Shown: positions 49,575 to 59,821 of the stretch, piece by piece
Position numbering within the stretch: the first letter of the stretch is position 1
How the letters are laid out: every line of letters starts with the position of its first letter
Virus record (IMG/VR): IMGVR_UViG_3300029194_000001
Coordinates: 68,238-132,237 of that record
Length of the DNA stretch: 64,000 nt
Source of the DNA: a virus
Strand: one strand, 5' to 3'
The notes under the pieces: model-generated
Seen by the model: the letters and a program-made list of their open reading frames with translations, nothing else
Databases searched by the model: none
Told to the model about the DNA's origin: nothing
Position numbers and translations under genes: made by a program

Positions 49575-49841
49575 TTACTCATAAGTGTCTCCTATATCAA
49601 AATATTGCCATTCTATATAGAAACAATAAAACTCATTTCCTGTCTCACAAGAATGCAATCTAAGTTCACCATTTATGCCTTTTGAAAATCTTCCTACATA
49701 GTATTTGCAGTTATCAAAATTGTGGATAAGGACAGGGATATCCTTTTCCGGAAGATTTATACCATTATTCAAATTTTGATTATATGTAAGATATTTATTC
49801 CATTGTTTTAAATCAAATCTATTCCACATTTTAATCTCCAT
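49575..49841 (-). CDS. hypothetical protein
   Basis: 88-aa ORF. Confidence 0.35.
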   Translation of the reverse strand: MEIKMWNRFDLKQWNKYLTYNQNLNNGINLPEKDIPVLIHNFDNCKYYVGRFSKGINGELRLHSCETGNEFYCFYIEWQYFDIGDTYE

Positions 49842-49853
49842 AAAAACTAAATT

Positions 49854-50120
49854 TTACCACAACATTTCTGAAATGAGCCAAGCCGGTCCATCATCAGGTT
49901 TGATCTGCCTACAACTCACAGCATGATAATAAGCCTGTTCTCTATTCAGAAATTCTCCATCAGTTGTTATAAATCCTTGCTCAAGTTCTTTGTATCCTAC
50001 TTTTGGTTCAAAACCAAGTGCTGCCAATTGCCTAAATGGAGCATCGTGTCTCAATCCACATAGGATAACCTCTTGATCAGTTTTCTCAATATAAAATTTA
50101 ACTGCAGCTGCTATAATCAT
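49854..50120 (-). CDS. hypothetical protein
   Basis: 88-aa ORF. Confidence 0.35.
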   Translation of the reverse strand: MIIAAAVKFYIEKTDQEVILCGLRHDAPFRQLAALGFEPKVGYKELEQGFITTDGEFLNREQAYYHAVSCRQIKPDDGPAWLISEMLW

Positions 50121-50472
50121 TTTTACCGTATCTCTCCTTAAGTTTATCTGTTAGTGTTACTGCCACAACATGTGTTCCAAGGTAATAATTAAGGGCAGTA
50201 CCGATTAGATCATATCCCTCATCTACAAGGATATTCTCAGGCAATCTGATTCCCCTTGATTTAATGTCATTCTCAGTTAACGGTACCGGAATACACAAGT
50301 CTAAGTCTTCAGCCATTTTTAGCAAATTAACAGCCCTATCTTTTGTTTTGGTTAATATAGGATATTGAGTTGTTGCGCTTGTATAAAGTAACTGTGCACT
50401 CTTTCCGGTACCTCGATCTTTGATAATCAAATTTGTACTCATATATTCTCCTTTACAATCCAAGTTCTTCAA
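50098..50472 (-). CDS. hypothetical protein
   Basis: 124-aa ORF. Confidence 0.35.
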   Translation of the reverse strand: MKNLDCKGEYMSTNLIIKDRGTGKSAQLLYTSATTQYPILTKTKDRAVNLLKMAEDLDLCIPVPLTENDIKSRGIRLPENILVDEGYDLIGTALNYYLGTHVVAVTLTDKLKERYGKNDYSSCS

Positions 50473-50806
50473 TTACCGGCAATACCTTATCTGTTAATTC
50501 TGGATAAAATTTTGCTAACGTCTCTCTAGCATTTAATGGCTTGTCTGGTTTTGTATATCTTGCACACTCCCAGTCAATTACCATTTGTATAAAATCAGAA
50601 TGTGTTTTTGCTTTAACATTATGATGAGGCATATGGAGTCTGTGCCAATAGCGTACTTTCTTATAATCAAAAAACATATATAAGAACATTTTATCTAAAT
50701 CATGAAATAAGCTTCTAAAAGTATTATATCCCAATAACTGTTTCTCAATTTTTCTAAAAGCTTTTCTATGATCTGATGTATATTTGATTCTATCCTTATT
50801 CTTCAT
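50453..50806 (-). CDS. hypothetical protein
   Basis: 117-aa ORF. Confidence 0.35.
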   Translation of the reverse strand: MKNKDRIKYTSDHRKAFRKIEKQLLGYNTFRSLFHDLDKMFLYMFFDYKKVRYWHRLHMPHHNVKAKTHSDFIQMVIDWECARYTKPDKPLNARETLAKFYPELTDKVLPVIEELGL

Positions 50807-51618
50807 TTTTCTTCTTTCTTTCCAGTTTTATCATACCAATAATAATTAGATTTCTTCTCGTCATTCTCAGTACCTTTTTCTTTTATCCAATGATACTGCC
50901 CTTGATCACGACAAGCCATTTTACAAGCATTCATAATAGTTGTAAAATTATTTGATTTTAACATCAACAATTCCATATCAAAAACTTTGAACTCTCTAAT
51001 TAGTTCTGATTTTTCCATGTCTTTTTCAGACACCAAATAGATACATATTGTATGAGTCCACTCATAATATTTGCATTTATTGCATATAGAAATTAAGCTA
51101 TTATCTTGAGTGATTCTATTAATAAATCCATTTGCAATCTTAGTCAGATATTCCTGGTTGAATGAAGAAACAACATCATCATTTATTTTGTATGTAATTT
51201 TATATGTGCCTGTTGGACCTTCACCATATTCCCCATAATACTCATTTACAGTTTTAATACCTGCAAGCATTTTAATTGGTCTTGGATTATTAGCAACAAT
51301 TCCAACTTTCTTAGCGTATTCTAATAGATTAGGATATTTATCATAGTTCCCAAATGGAATGCCGCATTGAACTGTAAAAGCAACTCTAAAAACTAACCAA
51401 GTTTGTCTCATATTTAGTTTACCACTAGGATCTATAAATACATTTTCTGTCTCTCCATTTTCGTATAGTTCCTTAATTTCATCAGGACTGTAATATTTTC
51501 TTCCATTAGAGTCGTACCATCCAATGACATCAGTGTTTCCACTATACGAGTCCATTTCATCAGTTATTATATAAATTTTATCAACAAAACGTTTTTTTTC
51601 ATTCTTTAATTCTTCCAT
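50803..51618 (-). CDS. hypothetical protein
   Basis: 271-aa ORF. Confidence 0.45.
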   Translation of the reverse strand: MEELKNEKKRFVDKIYIITDEMDSYSGNTDVIGWYDSNGRKYYSPDEIKELYENGETENVFIDPSGKLNMRQTWLVFRVAFTVQCGIPFGNYDKYPNLLEYAKKVGIVANNPRPIKMLAGIKTVNEYYGEYGEGPTGTYKITYKINDDVVSSFNQEYLTKIANGFINRITQDNSLISICNKCKYYEWTHTICIYLVSEKDMEKSELIREFKVFDMELLMLKSNNFTTIMNACKMACRDQGQYHWIKEKGTENDEKKSNYYWYDKTGKKEEK

Positions 51619-51771
51619 TATTTATCTCCGATAAAAAGTTTATTCTATACTCCCATAGCAATCATTGGAAATGCAAATGCCCATAAACAAATTGGATTTT
51701 TTGTAAAATATAACGCTACAGATATTGCTATTGCAGTGCCAACCCATGCTGCTACCTTACTTACTGTATTA

Positions 51772-52062
51772 TTATTCATTATTTTTCTCATTTCTTTCTA
51801 ATTTTCTTCCACAATACGGACAGTATATAAAATTATCAATATTTGAAGTTAGCTTAATTAACCCTTTTTCTTCTGCCTCTCTATATAACTTTAGTTCTTT
51901 CAGCCATTTAATGAGTTGCCAATGTTGTATCTCTATTATTTTGCAATTTGATTTTATATCATTATCAATAGAATCAACTGACTCAAAATTCATAGCGCTA
52001 CGTGCTCTTTCCACTATTTCTTCTTCATAAGCAATTGCTTCATCTAGCGTTATTCTTAACAT
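51772..52062 (-). CDS. hypothetical protein, paralogue A of a duplicated pair
   Basis: Shares M.R.TLDEAI... and the ...W.LIKWLKELK.Y...EE.GL motifs with the 52267..52692 protein. Confidence 0.4.
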   Translation of the reverse strand: MLRITLDEAIAYEEEIVERARSAMNFESVDSIDNDIKSNCKIIEIQHWQLIKWLKELKLYREAEEKGLIKLTSNIDNFIYCPYCGRKLERNEKNNE

Positions 52063-52277
52063 TTTTTCTTCATCTCCTCTAACTTCTTCTCTATCGGATT
52101 AATAATCTCTTCCAATACCTGCTGCTCGTAATTTTCTTTCCAAAATTTCTCTCTTTTCCAAAACGGAACTTTTTTAACTTCACCTATTAAATCAATACAC
52201 GCCATAGCTGTCAGTGTTCCCCAGCATCCGTCACATGCTCTTTCATTGCACCAGTTTACAAATTCTTTAAATTTCAT
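52056..52277 (-). CDS. hypothetical protein
   Basis: 73-aa ORF between the two paralogues. Confidence 0.35.
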   Translation of the reverse strand: MKFKEFVNWCNERACDGCWGTLTAMACIDLIGEVKKVPFWKREKFWKENYEQQVLEEIINPIEKKLEEMKKKC

Positions 52278-52692
52278 TCTTCATCTTCTCCAATTTCTTC
52301 TCAGCTTCTTCACGAGAAAAATAAACCTTTGCTTCTTGCTTCTTTTCTAAAACTCCGTTAATAATTTGTAAATGAAAGCCTTTTTTATCAATATGAAAAG
52401 CATCCACTTTGTGTTCTACAATTCTAAGAGGTTTTCCTACAATATCATACATTGTATCTCCAACCTTACACGGCAATCTCACAAGCAAGCCCTGTTCTTC
52501 CAAGTCTTTGTAAGATTTTAATTCTTCAAGCCACTCCGCAAGTTGCTCATGTTCTTCTGCACATTTTATACAATTAGCCTTCATATAATTTTCTACAGAA
52601 TCATTTGAGTCAAATTTTTCTGCGTCATTATAATTCATATCTGCTACTTCTTTTGCGTGTTTAATAGCTTCATCAAGTGTTAATCTCTCCAT
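52267..52692 (-). CDS. hypothetical protein, paralogue B of the duplicated pair
   Basis: MERLTLDEAIKHAKEV... and EEHEQLAEWLEELKSYKDLEEQGLL align with paralogue A. Confidence 0.4.
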   Translation of the reverse strand: MERLTLDEAIKHAKEVADMNYNDAEKFDSNDSVENYMKANCIKCAEEHEQLAEWLEELKSYKDLEEQGLLVRLPCKVGDTMYDIVGKPLRIVEHKVDAFHIDKKGFHLQIINGVLEKKQEAKVYFSREEAEKKLEKMKNEI

Positions 52693-52786
52693 CTACTTCA
52701 CCTCTTGAAATCTTCTCATAAAATGAGCTTTCCATGATTCGTCTACTTCCACAAAATTTTCTTTTTCATACTCTGCAATCGCATTT

Positions 52787-53215
52787 TTAAGGTTCAAAAA
52801 ATTCTGGATTATCAAAAATGTTCCCAACTGGCATAGCGTATACCATGTCAATCCAATATCCTAAATCTTTTCTAAGGCATTTGCTGCCCATCCAATCTAC
52901 ATAGAATCCGACATGTTCTGTTTTCTGAGAATCAAAACAATTTTGATAATATCCATATTTGATTGGAGCATAGATTTCTCCGAAATGATATTTGATAATA
53001 TCATTTTCCCAAATCTTGTTTCCGTTTTTGCCAGTCAGACCTGTGAACTGGCAGAGGGTTTCTGGAACAATTTCCGCATATTCCCACACTTTATAACTAT
53101 CAGCATGGAAGATTAAATGTTCTTCATTGCCTAAAAGGTCATATCTTTTCTGATAATATCCCTCAATCCATTTGCCGTCATCTTTCCGCTTTGCCTTGAA
53201 AAGAATTTCTCTCAT
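52787..53215 (-). CDS. hypothetical protein
   Basis: 142-aa ORF. Confidence 0.4.
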   Translation of the reverse strand: MREILFKAKRKDDGKWIEGYYQKRYDLLGNEEHLIFHADSYKVWEYAEIVPETLCQFTGLTGKNGNKIWENDIIKYHFGEIYAPIKYGYYQNCFDSQKTEHVGFYVDWMGSKCLRKDLGYWIDMVYAMPVGNIFDNPEFFEP

Positions 53216-53523
53216 TCAACTCCACCGCCTTTCACGATTTCAAGTGCTAATGCAATTGCCTGTTCCATACCTATGTATTTTTTTATCTCAGTATTATCTC
53301 TAAATATAAGTGACAGTTCGGAATATATACCCTTTGTTTCTTCTAGCTGCTCAACAATTCTATTAACATCATAGGCTGTAGGCTGTTTCTGAACAGTTGT
53401 AATTGCAAGATGTGTAAACAAGTCCATTGGACTTATATCTTCTTCCGTAGCTTTCTGCCTTTCTTTATCCCAGTACCATTTTGACATTTCTTCGATTAAT
53501 AAGTCTGCATCTATCAGTCTCAT
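53212..53523 (-). CDS. hypothetical protein
   Basis: 103-aa ORF. Confidence 0.35.
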   Translation of the reverse strand: MRLIDADLLIEEMSKWYWDKERQKATEEDISPMDLFTHLAITTVQKQPTAYDVNRIVEQLEETKGIYSELSLIFRDNTEIKKYIGMEQAIALALEIVKGGGVE

Positions 53524-53867
53524 ACCTTTACCTCATTATCATTTGGCATCTGGAATACTACAGTTTCTTTTAAAACATTTTGTGCTTTCGTATATATTTT
53601 ATCTATATCGTTTGATTCATTAATGAAAAGTGACATTGTTGCAAGACAGTTTGTAACAGTATGTGTTGTTTTATAATCGACATATCTTTTCTGTATCATA
53701 TCAAGCGCTTTTATGGCTTTTGCTTCTGTAGAATATTTTCCAAGTGTATACGCGTCTTCAAAATCGTTATATACAATAGCAAAATCTTTATTAATTTTTT
53801 CCACGTAAATTGCAGTTAAATTATTAAAATTTAATAAAAATGCTTTATCTTGACTTCTAATTAACAT
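53520..53867 (-). CDS. hypothetical protein
   Basis: 115-aa ORF. Confidence 0.35.
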   Translation of the reverse strand: MLIRSQDKAFLLNFNNLTAIYVEKINKDFAIVYNDFEDAYTLGKYSTEAKAIKALDMIQKRYVDYKTTHTVTNCLATMSLFINESNDIDKIYTKAQNVLKETVVFQMPNDNEVKV

Positions 53868-54154
53868 TTTGTGCTCTCCTTATCAAACTTACTCTTTAAC
53901 ATTCCAGCTTTAATCAATTCATAAATAATATCTAGATATGTTCTTTTATCTCTGTATCTGCAATTTGGTTTTTTATGAATCCTCGGATCATCGTCTCTCC
54001 AAGCATTTACATCAAAATATTTATTACTCACGAAAAGCATTTTGGTTCCTCTGGCGACACAAAGGTAATAACATTCTGATTTTCCATACTCTCCTACACA
54101 TTTTTTGAAACCAAATTTTTTAAATTCTTTAGCCGGTACTGTTGGTATTAACAT
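53861..54154 (-). CDS. hypothetical protein
   Basis: 97-aa ORF. Confidence 0.35.
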   Translation of the reverse strand: MLIPTVPAKEFKKFGFKKCVGEYGKSECYYLCVARGTKMLFVSNKYFDVNAWRDDDPRIHKKPNCRYRDKRTYLDIIYELIKAGMLKSKFDKESTKC

Positions 54155-54411
54155 TTTGTATTCTCACTCCAATCAAGTTTCTGTCCACAATAAAAGCAGT
54201 ATTTCATATTATTAGAGCAGCTAAATTCAAATCCACATACAGGACATTCTCCACGTTTATATACTTCATTTCCATTAAAATCTATAACAGGACGCATCTT
54301 TGATACTTTCTTCTCAGTTTGCTTATCAAGTGCTTCTGAAATAGTCTTTAATTGTTTAAGTAACTCTTCTTTTTGATTAACACCTGTTACTCCAAAATTC
54401 ATATCTACCAC
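54148..54411 (-). CDS. zinc-ribbon protein
   Basis: CPVCGFEFSC...CFYCGQ. Confidence 0.4.
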   Translation of the reverse strand: MVDMNFGVTGVNQKEELLKQLKTISEALDKQTEKKVSKMRPVIDFNGNEVYKRGECPVCGFEFSCSNNMKYCFYCGQKLDWSENTKC

Positions 54412-54758
54412 ATCACCTTCTCAGCATTTCTAAATTCCGGAAATAAATTATCACTAATAATATCATCCCAGTATGTAATTCCTTGCTCATGATCTCTCAT
54501 CCAATTTATAAGCTCATGCAGTATATTAAAAAAATCTTCTTCATTTTGCATTCTATAAACATATGCATAACCAAAGTTATCATATCCACAAACATGCATA
54601 TAGATTTCGTATGGACCATACCATTCTGAAATGGCATCTTTATATGCACTTAATGTTATATATGGTCTTTCATAAATACCAATATGGTTACCAAGAAATA
54701 TTGATGATTGCACAAATAATCTTTCGTATGTTTTTGACACATCCTTTTTAATTATCAA
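54405..54758 (-). CDS. hypothetical protein
   Basis: 117-aa ORF. Confidence 0.35.
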   Translation of the reverse strand: MIIKKDVSKTYERLFVQSSIFLGNHIGIYERPYITLSAYKDAISEWYGPYEIYMHVCGYDNFGYAYVYRMQNEEDFFNILHELINWMRDHEQGITYWDDIISDNLFPEFRNAEKVMW

Positions 54759-54761
54759 TTT

Positions 54762-55214
54762 TTATTCACCTACATTTTTTTGAAAAACAATTTCTAAGCT
54801 TCCATCTTCTTTTTTAGTTATATCTGAACGTTCATCTTTATCTAAGGTTATTTTTTTGACATCTCTTAATACGTCATAATTAATAAAGAATTCATTACAA
54901 TCGACAACAGTAGAAATATAAACTCTATATTTATTTTCAGATATTTTACTTATATTAAAATAGATATTATTTTTAAATATAAGATCATCTCTACTACATT
55001 TAAAGTAATCTATATGGGCTAATATCTTAATTGAATTTAATAAAATATCTTTGTCTTCCAAAGTATATTCGTTTCCACTAAATTTTTTACACTTATGTAC
55101 TATTTCTTTACATTCTTCTATTTTCATTCCAATTTTCTCCCATAAAATGTTTCTTTTATCCAATTTAAAGAAACTATCGTATATAGCCATAAAAAAGTGT
55201 AACATAAGCTCCAA
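54762..55214 (-). CDS. hypothetical protein
   Basis: 150-aa ORF. Confidence 0.4.
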   Translation of the reverse strand: MELMLHFFMAIYDSFFKLDKRNILWEKIGMKIEECKEIVHKCKKFSGNEYTLEDKDILLNSIKILAHIDYFKCSRDDLIFKNNIYFNISKISENKYRVYISTVVDCNEFFINYDVLRDVKKITLDKDERSDITKKEDGSLEIVFQKNVGE

Positions 55215-55797
55215 AACCGTCTTTTTTATCTTTAGACTTAAAATTATACACTGCGCAAACTATTGAGCAAATTAATCCCAATATTTTAATTATAAGTAAT
55301 AGCATATTTTACATCCTTTCCTTATATAAAAAACAATTTATAATACAACTAAAGATAAAATAATAATAAAAATCATGGTGCTAAAACAGACTATAGTTAA
55401 TGATGGCCAAATAATTGACTCTGGATTATCATAAGAATCATAATGTGAAATAACTAATGAAATTATAAATAATATTACCATAATGATTATAAGAATAATC
55501 ATCTTTTTTCTCCGAATACTAGATATGTTGTATTTCTTTTAGTAATAAAAAATATATCCATATCAGGTGCATACCCAATTATATATGGTCTTTTTTCTTT
55601 ATTCATATTTCACACCTCATCTACAAAAATCTAATTTAAGCATCAAGAAAAATATTTCTGCCCAAAGAGCTGCACTTGCAAACCAACCATTTCTAGCATA
55701 TGTATTATGTCTCTTATGAGCTTTAACAGCACAGACTACGCAGCCAATCGGTCCTGCGATATTTACAACTGTATCAATTACATAAATAGCATTCACA

Positions 55798-56181
55798 TTA
55801 AATCCTCATTTCATATCCATCTATATAGTCTCTAAAAGCAGTTCCAAATGGACTATCCACCATAACTTTCTTCTTATTAAATCGGTTTATAAAACTTTTT
55901 ATATCTCGTGCTTCAGCTCCAGTTAAATCAACAAATTTTACATATTCAGGTCTACCATCAATACATATAACAGCCCAAGAATGCCTATTATAATCGACAT
56001 CAACACCAACATTAGTGATTGACTGATATAATAATTTCATTTCATCGACTTCATGTAATGCGCGATCACTGTGAGCTGATGCGTTCATACACTGTAATTT
56101 CATAAATCTGAAATTTTCAAGTTCTTCCTTAAATACTTCTTCTCGAAGCCAATTTTTTATCTTACATTTTAACCAACCCAT
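55798..56181 (-). CDS. hypothetical protein
   Basis: 127-aa ORF. Confidence 0.4.
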   Translation of the reverse strand: MGWLKCKIKNWLREEVFKEELENFRFMKLQCMNASAHSDRALHEVDEMKLLYQSITNVGVDVDYNRHSWAVICIDGRPEYVKFVDLTGAEARDIKSFINRFNKKKVMVDSPFGTAFRDYIDGYEMRI

Positions 56182-56189
56182 AAATTACA

Positions 56190-56438
56190 TCATATCCTTT
56201 TAAAATCTGCTTTTTCAAATATTCCTTTTAACTCAGTACACTCACTATATCTGATAATCTGTTTGCAATTTGGGCAGTAAATACTACATTGTTCTGGTTT
56301 TGGATTTATACATCTCGGCACACTTCCTTCATGCTCCTGAAAAATAAATTTTGTTCCACAATTTTTACATCTACATCCATATTCTTTTTCTCCACCCTCT
56401 TTATAAAGATGGTTATTTTTTATCTGTACAATTTCCAT
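56190..56438 (-). CDS. zinc-ribbon protein (two CxxC pairs)
   Basis: CRCKNCG...CPNCKQ. Confidence 0.4.
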   Translation of the reverse strand: MEIVQIKNNHLYKEGGEKEYGCRCKNCGTKFIFQEHEGSVPRCINPKPEQCSIYCPNCKQIIRYSECTELKGIFEKADFKRI

Positions 56439-56443
56439 TTTAT

Positions 56444-57328
56444 TTACCTCGCTCCATTAAAATATTTTACAATCTGACTTCCAACCCAGCGTCCCATTGG
56501 AACGGCAACAGCATTACCAATCTGTCTATAAGCATCACTATCACTTCCACAAAATTCAAACCAATCTGGAAAACCCTGTAGTCTTGCATACTCTCTGACT
56601 GTATATGGTCGGATTCTATTACCGTCTTTAATTAATCTAGTTCCTCTATCTTTTGAATAGTGTGCTACACATGTTGGTGCAAGATCATCACATTCAGGAT
56701 CAGAAACAATTGGTTTATCTCTGTAATTACCATTAATACGATTTAACACATACTGCGGAATATTTATTTCACTATCTGTTTGAATAATATCTTTCAGTCG
56801 TAATGGAGTTTCATCTGGATAATCAAGATTAGTTAACGGCTTTTTACTACCAATAAGAATTAATCTCTTACGTTCTTGTGGAAGCCACATATTTGCGTTC
56901 ACAGGACATTCAATTCTTACATAATAATCTGGCAATTTAGTCAACGCCTCCATAACTACTTTAAACTTAATCATCCCAGGAACATTCTCAACTATATACA
57001 TTTCTGGTTGTGCCAATGCAATATGCCTAAAGAAATGAAGAAATAAATCATCACCGGTTCTTGTACCATTAATATCTGCAGCAATCGAGTATTTTGTACA
57101 TGGAAAAGTTCCAATATACACATCTGCATCTTGCTGATCAAGAACTGTAATTTTAGTAATATCAGCTTCGTTAACCTTGTGCTTAAAATTTTTTCTTAAC
57201 GTATCACAACATTTCTTATCAATTTCGTATGATTCAAGAATATTGATCCCTGCTTCTTCAATTCCAAGATCCATTCCACCTGCACCACTAAAATAGCTTT
57301 TCGCTGTAATCTGCATTTTATTTTCCAT
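56444..57328 (-). CDS. DNA (cytosine-5)-methyltransferase
   Basis: Motif I FSGAGG, motif IV PCTKYS (the PC dipeptide with catalytic Cys), and motif VI ENVPGM. Confidence 0.88.
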   Translation of the reverse strand: MENKMQITAKSYFSGAGGMDLGIEEAGINILESYEIDKKCCDTLRKNFKHKVNEADITKITVLDQQDADVYIGTFPCTKYSIAADINGTRTGDDLFLHFFRHIALAQPEMYIVENVPGMIKFKVVMEALTKLPDYYVRIECPVNANMWLPQERKRLILIGSKKPLTNLDYPDETPLRLKDIIQTDSEINIPQYVLNRINGNYRDKPIVSDPECDDLAPTCVAHYSKDRGTRLIKDGNRIRPYTVREYARLQGFPDWFEFCGSDSDAYRQIGNAVAVPMGRWVGSQIVKYFNGAR

Positions 57329-57400
57329 CCTTTATTGTTTGATATTGCTTACTTCTAATTTTCCAGATCTTTTAATCCAGATAAAATCCAGATTCTATTG

Positions 57401-57685
57401 TTACTCTACTGAATGACTTGTATTCACAATCTTCTTATAAATACCTTCGTATAAGACTCCATCATTACCATTGTACGTATATTCTGCTAAGATGGCTGCA
57501 GCACTAGTACCTATAATACATTTATAGTTCTGCGGAGTCTTACACAACCAACTTACAAATACGTCATCGACACCAATTTCCTGGATGTCATTTGGTCCTT
57601 TATTGGCATAACTGCTTTTGTTATACCATTCTACAAATTTGTTCTTACATACATTCTGAAAATGATTCATTGATTTAATTGTCAT
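57401..57685 (-). CDS. hypothetical protein
   Basis: 94-aa ORF between the two methyltransferase genes. Confidence 0.35.
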   Translation of the reverse strand: MTIKSMNHFQNVCKNKFVEWYNKSSYANKGPNDIQEIGVDDVFVSWLCKTPQNYKCIIGTSAAAILAEYTYNGNDGVLYEGIYKKIVNTSHSVE

Positions 57686-58473
57686 ACCTTTTCACTTCCT
57701 CTTAATCTTTCTTCTGCAATATCACAATATTCTTTACTAATCTCGAATCCAATATAATTTCTATCAAGCTCAATGGCAGCTTTTGCAGTAGTTCCGCTTC
57801 CAATAAACGGATCAAGAATTAAATCACCAGGATTTGACCATGATAAAATATGATCTTTCGCCAATTGTTCTGGAAATACAGCAGGATGCCCTGATTTTCC
57901 ACCACCAATACTATACGTAAATATATTATTATGTATCTTTTCTGACTTTACTGTGTATAAATCTGTCGTCCTGTCCCTACGACATTGATTATCATCCATA
58001 ACAGTTTTTCTATCTCCCCAATTAAACACTTTTCCGGCATTTTTAGTTGGAACCTTTATTGGATTAAATGTACTTGGCTTACCCTTACTAAATACAAACA
58101 TATACTCAAAACATTGCTCGTAACGATTATGATTTTGCGGAATTGGATTGGTTTTTTCAAAAATCATAGTATCATGCAACTTAAATCCAACTTTCATAAA
58201 CTGTAACGCCTGTTTAAACGAGGTCCCTGTTTCAGATCCATTCTTAGTCTTATCTCCAACAACCCAAACCAAAACACCACCTGGTTTAGTTACACGGAAT
58301 AACTCATAAGAAATTGCATCAAAATCAAATGAATATCCATTATATTTTCTCAAATCATCATATGGCGGGCTTGTTACTGTAAGATCAACTATGTCTGAGT
58401 CAAGTTTTTTTAATCCAATAAGGCAATCTTCATTATAAATTTTATTTATTTCTAACATTTTCATACGGAGCAA
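57682..58473 (-). CDS. DNA N6-adenine or N4-cytosine methyltransferase (beta-class)
   Basis: The catalytic SPPY comes before the AdoMet motif DPFIGSGTT, which is beta-class order. Confidence 0.82.
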   Translation of the reverse strand: MLRMKMLEINKIYNEDCLIGLKKLDSDIVDLTVTSPPYDDLRKYNGYSFDFDAISYELFRVTKPGGVLVWVVGDKTKNGSETGTSFKQALQFMKVGFKLHDTMIFEKTNPIPQNHNRYEQCFEYMFVFSKGKPSTFNPIKVPTKNAGKVFNWGDRKTVMDDNQCRRDRTTDLYTVKSEKIHNNIFTYSIGGGKSGHPAVFPEQLAKDHILSWSNPGDLILDPFIGSGTTAKAAIELDRNYIGFEISKEYCDIAEERLRGSEKV

Positions 58474-58538
58474 ACCATGATTTTATCGCTGCAGCAAATC
58501 TCACTACTCCTTATTTTTTATATATTTCTAAAATACTC

Positions 58539-58781
58539 TTACACCATTTCCGGATTTTCTTTAAACATCTGTAAAAACTTCATTTCATCTTCTTTGCTAG
58601 TACACCACAGCTCCAGATCTTCGCCATGATCACCGATTAGAGCAGAAACTGCTATATACTGTGTTAATTTAGATTTAAGATTAAACTTATCTCCGTAAAC
58701 GGATGTTAAAGTAACGTCACCCTTACACTCATCTACTACTTTAAGAAATGTTTCTACATCTTTAATGTTTTTAATTTTCAT
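58539..58781 (-). CDS. hypothetical protein
   Basis: 80-aa ORF. Confidence 0.35.
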   Translation of the reverse strand: MKIKNIKDVETFLKVVDECKGDVTLTSVYGDKFNLKSKLTQYIAVSALIGDHGEDLELWCTSKEDEMKFLQMFKENPEMV

Positions 58782-58844
58782 TGCACTTACCTCTTTTCTC
58801 TATTCAATTTTCAAATAAAACGTGGATTTTCTGACAAGAATTTG

Positions 58845-59147
58845 TCAGATTAGAAAATGTAAACCTTCATCTTTTAACGGAATTTTTAATCCTTTAGTTA
58901 ATGTTTGAATCATCTGAAGTACATCATTGTTATCATACACAGTGAACCAATCATCATCTCTGTATTCATCAATATTCCAATCAAAATCGAATACTTCTCC
59001 TTCGTATGGAATTACTTCTGTTGCACCAAACGGACCATCTGTGACCATAAGATTTCTTTCATCAACTGCTGTAAATACAATTCCACCTTCAGGATACTCC
59101 TGCATTAATTTCTTAAATTCATCTTTATAATATTCTTTCATTATCAT
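58845..59147 (-). CDS. hypothetical protein
   Basis: 100-aa ORF. Confidence 0.35.
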   Translation of the reverse strand: MIMKEYYKDEFKKLMQEYPEGGIVFTAVDERNLMVTDGPFGATEVIPYEGEVFDFDWNIDEYRDDDWFTVYDNNDVLQMIQTLTKGLKIPLKDEGLHFLI

Positions 59148-59518
59148 TCCTCATCTGGAGTCCAGTGCGGATCATACCCAATAATTCCACTTGGATAATA
59201 TACTTCATCCATATTGAAATCTGGTTCACAATCTGCTAATGCCCATGATAGACAATTAATCATTTTCATAACTTCGGCTTTACTGAACGCTGCAAATAAA
59301 TCACCTTCGTCATAATCTACTTGAATATTTAGATCATCAGTTGCCCAATTAGTTTCTTTATTGGTTTTATTAACCCAATCAAAACCTGGAATCAAATCTA
59401 AATTACAATTATTTTCAACTTTAATCTTAATTTCTCCATCTGTTATTTCAGGTGTATATCTTACATAAACAGTACCGGATGGAGCCTCAAGCAATTCTTT
59501 TTTAGTTAAAATTTTCAT
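59144..59518 (-). CDS. hypothetical protein
   Basis: 124-aa ORF. Confidence 0.35.
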   Translation of the reverse strand: MKILTKKELLEAPSGTVYVRYTPEITDGEIKIKVENNCNLDLIPGFDWVNKTNKETNWATDDLNIQVDYDEGDLFAAFSKAEVMKMINCLSWALADCEPDFNMDEVYYPSGIIGYDPHWTPDEE

Positions 59519-59551
59519 TTATTCTCTCCAATAAAAAACATATTTTATGTA

Positions 59552-59821
59552 TTACTGCATTGCCTCTTTCAGAATCTCTTCTGCATTCTCTTTCATGTAA
59601 TTGGCAGTCTTAATGTACCCCTTGGTATTGGTCTCGTGTGTAAATCCTCTATATTTTACTCTAGCAGGACACACGCTAATAATATTTCCATCTGCATCCT
59701 GGTCAATAGCAATAGACCATCCAAACACCTGTAAAATTGTATTTGCCATCCATAACATTCCGCTTTCCTGGAACTCTTTCCAACTTTTTTCTTTTACTAC
59801 CGTTTTATCGCTCATTTTCAA
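59552..59821 (-). CDS. hypothetical protein
   Basis: 89-aa ORF. Confidence 0.35.
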   Translation of the reverse strand: MKMSDKTVVKEKSWKEFQESGMLWMANTILQVFGWSIAIDQDADGNIISVCPARVKYRGFTHETNTKGYIKTANYMKENAEEILKEAMQ

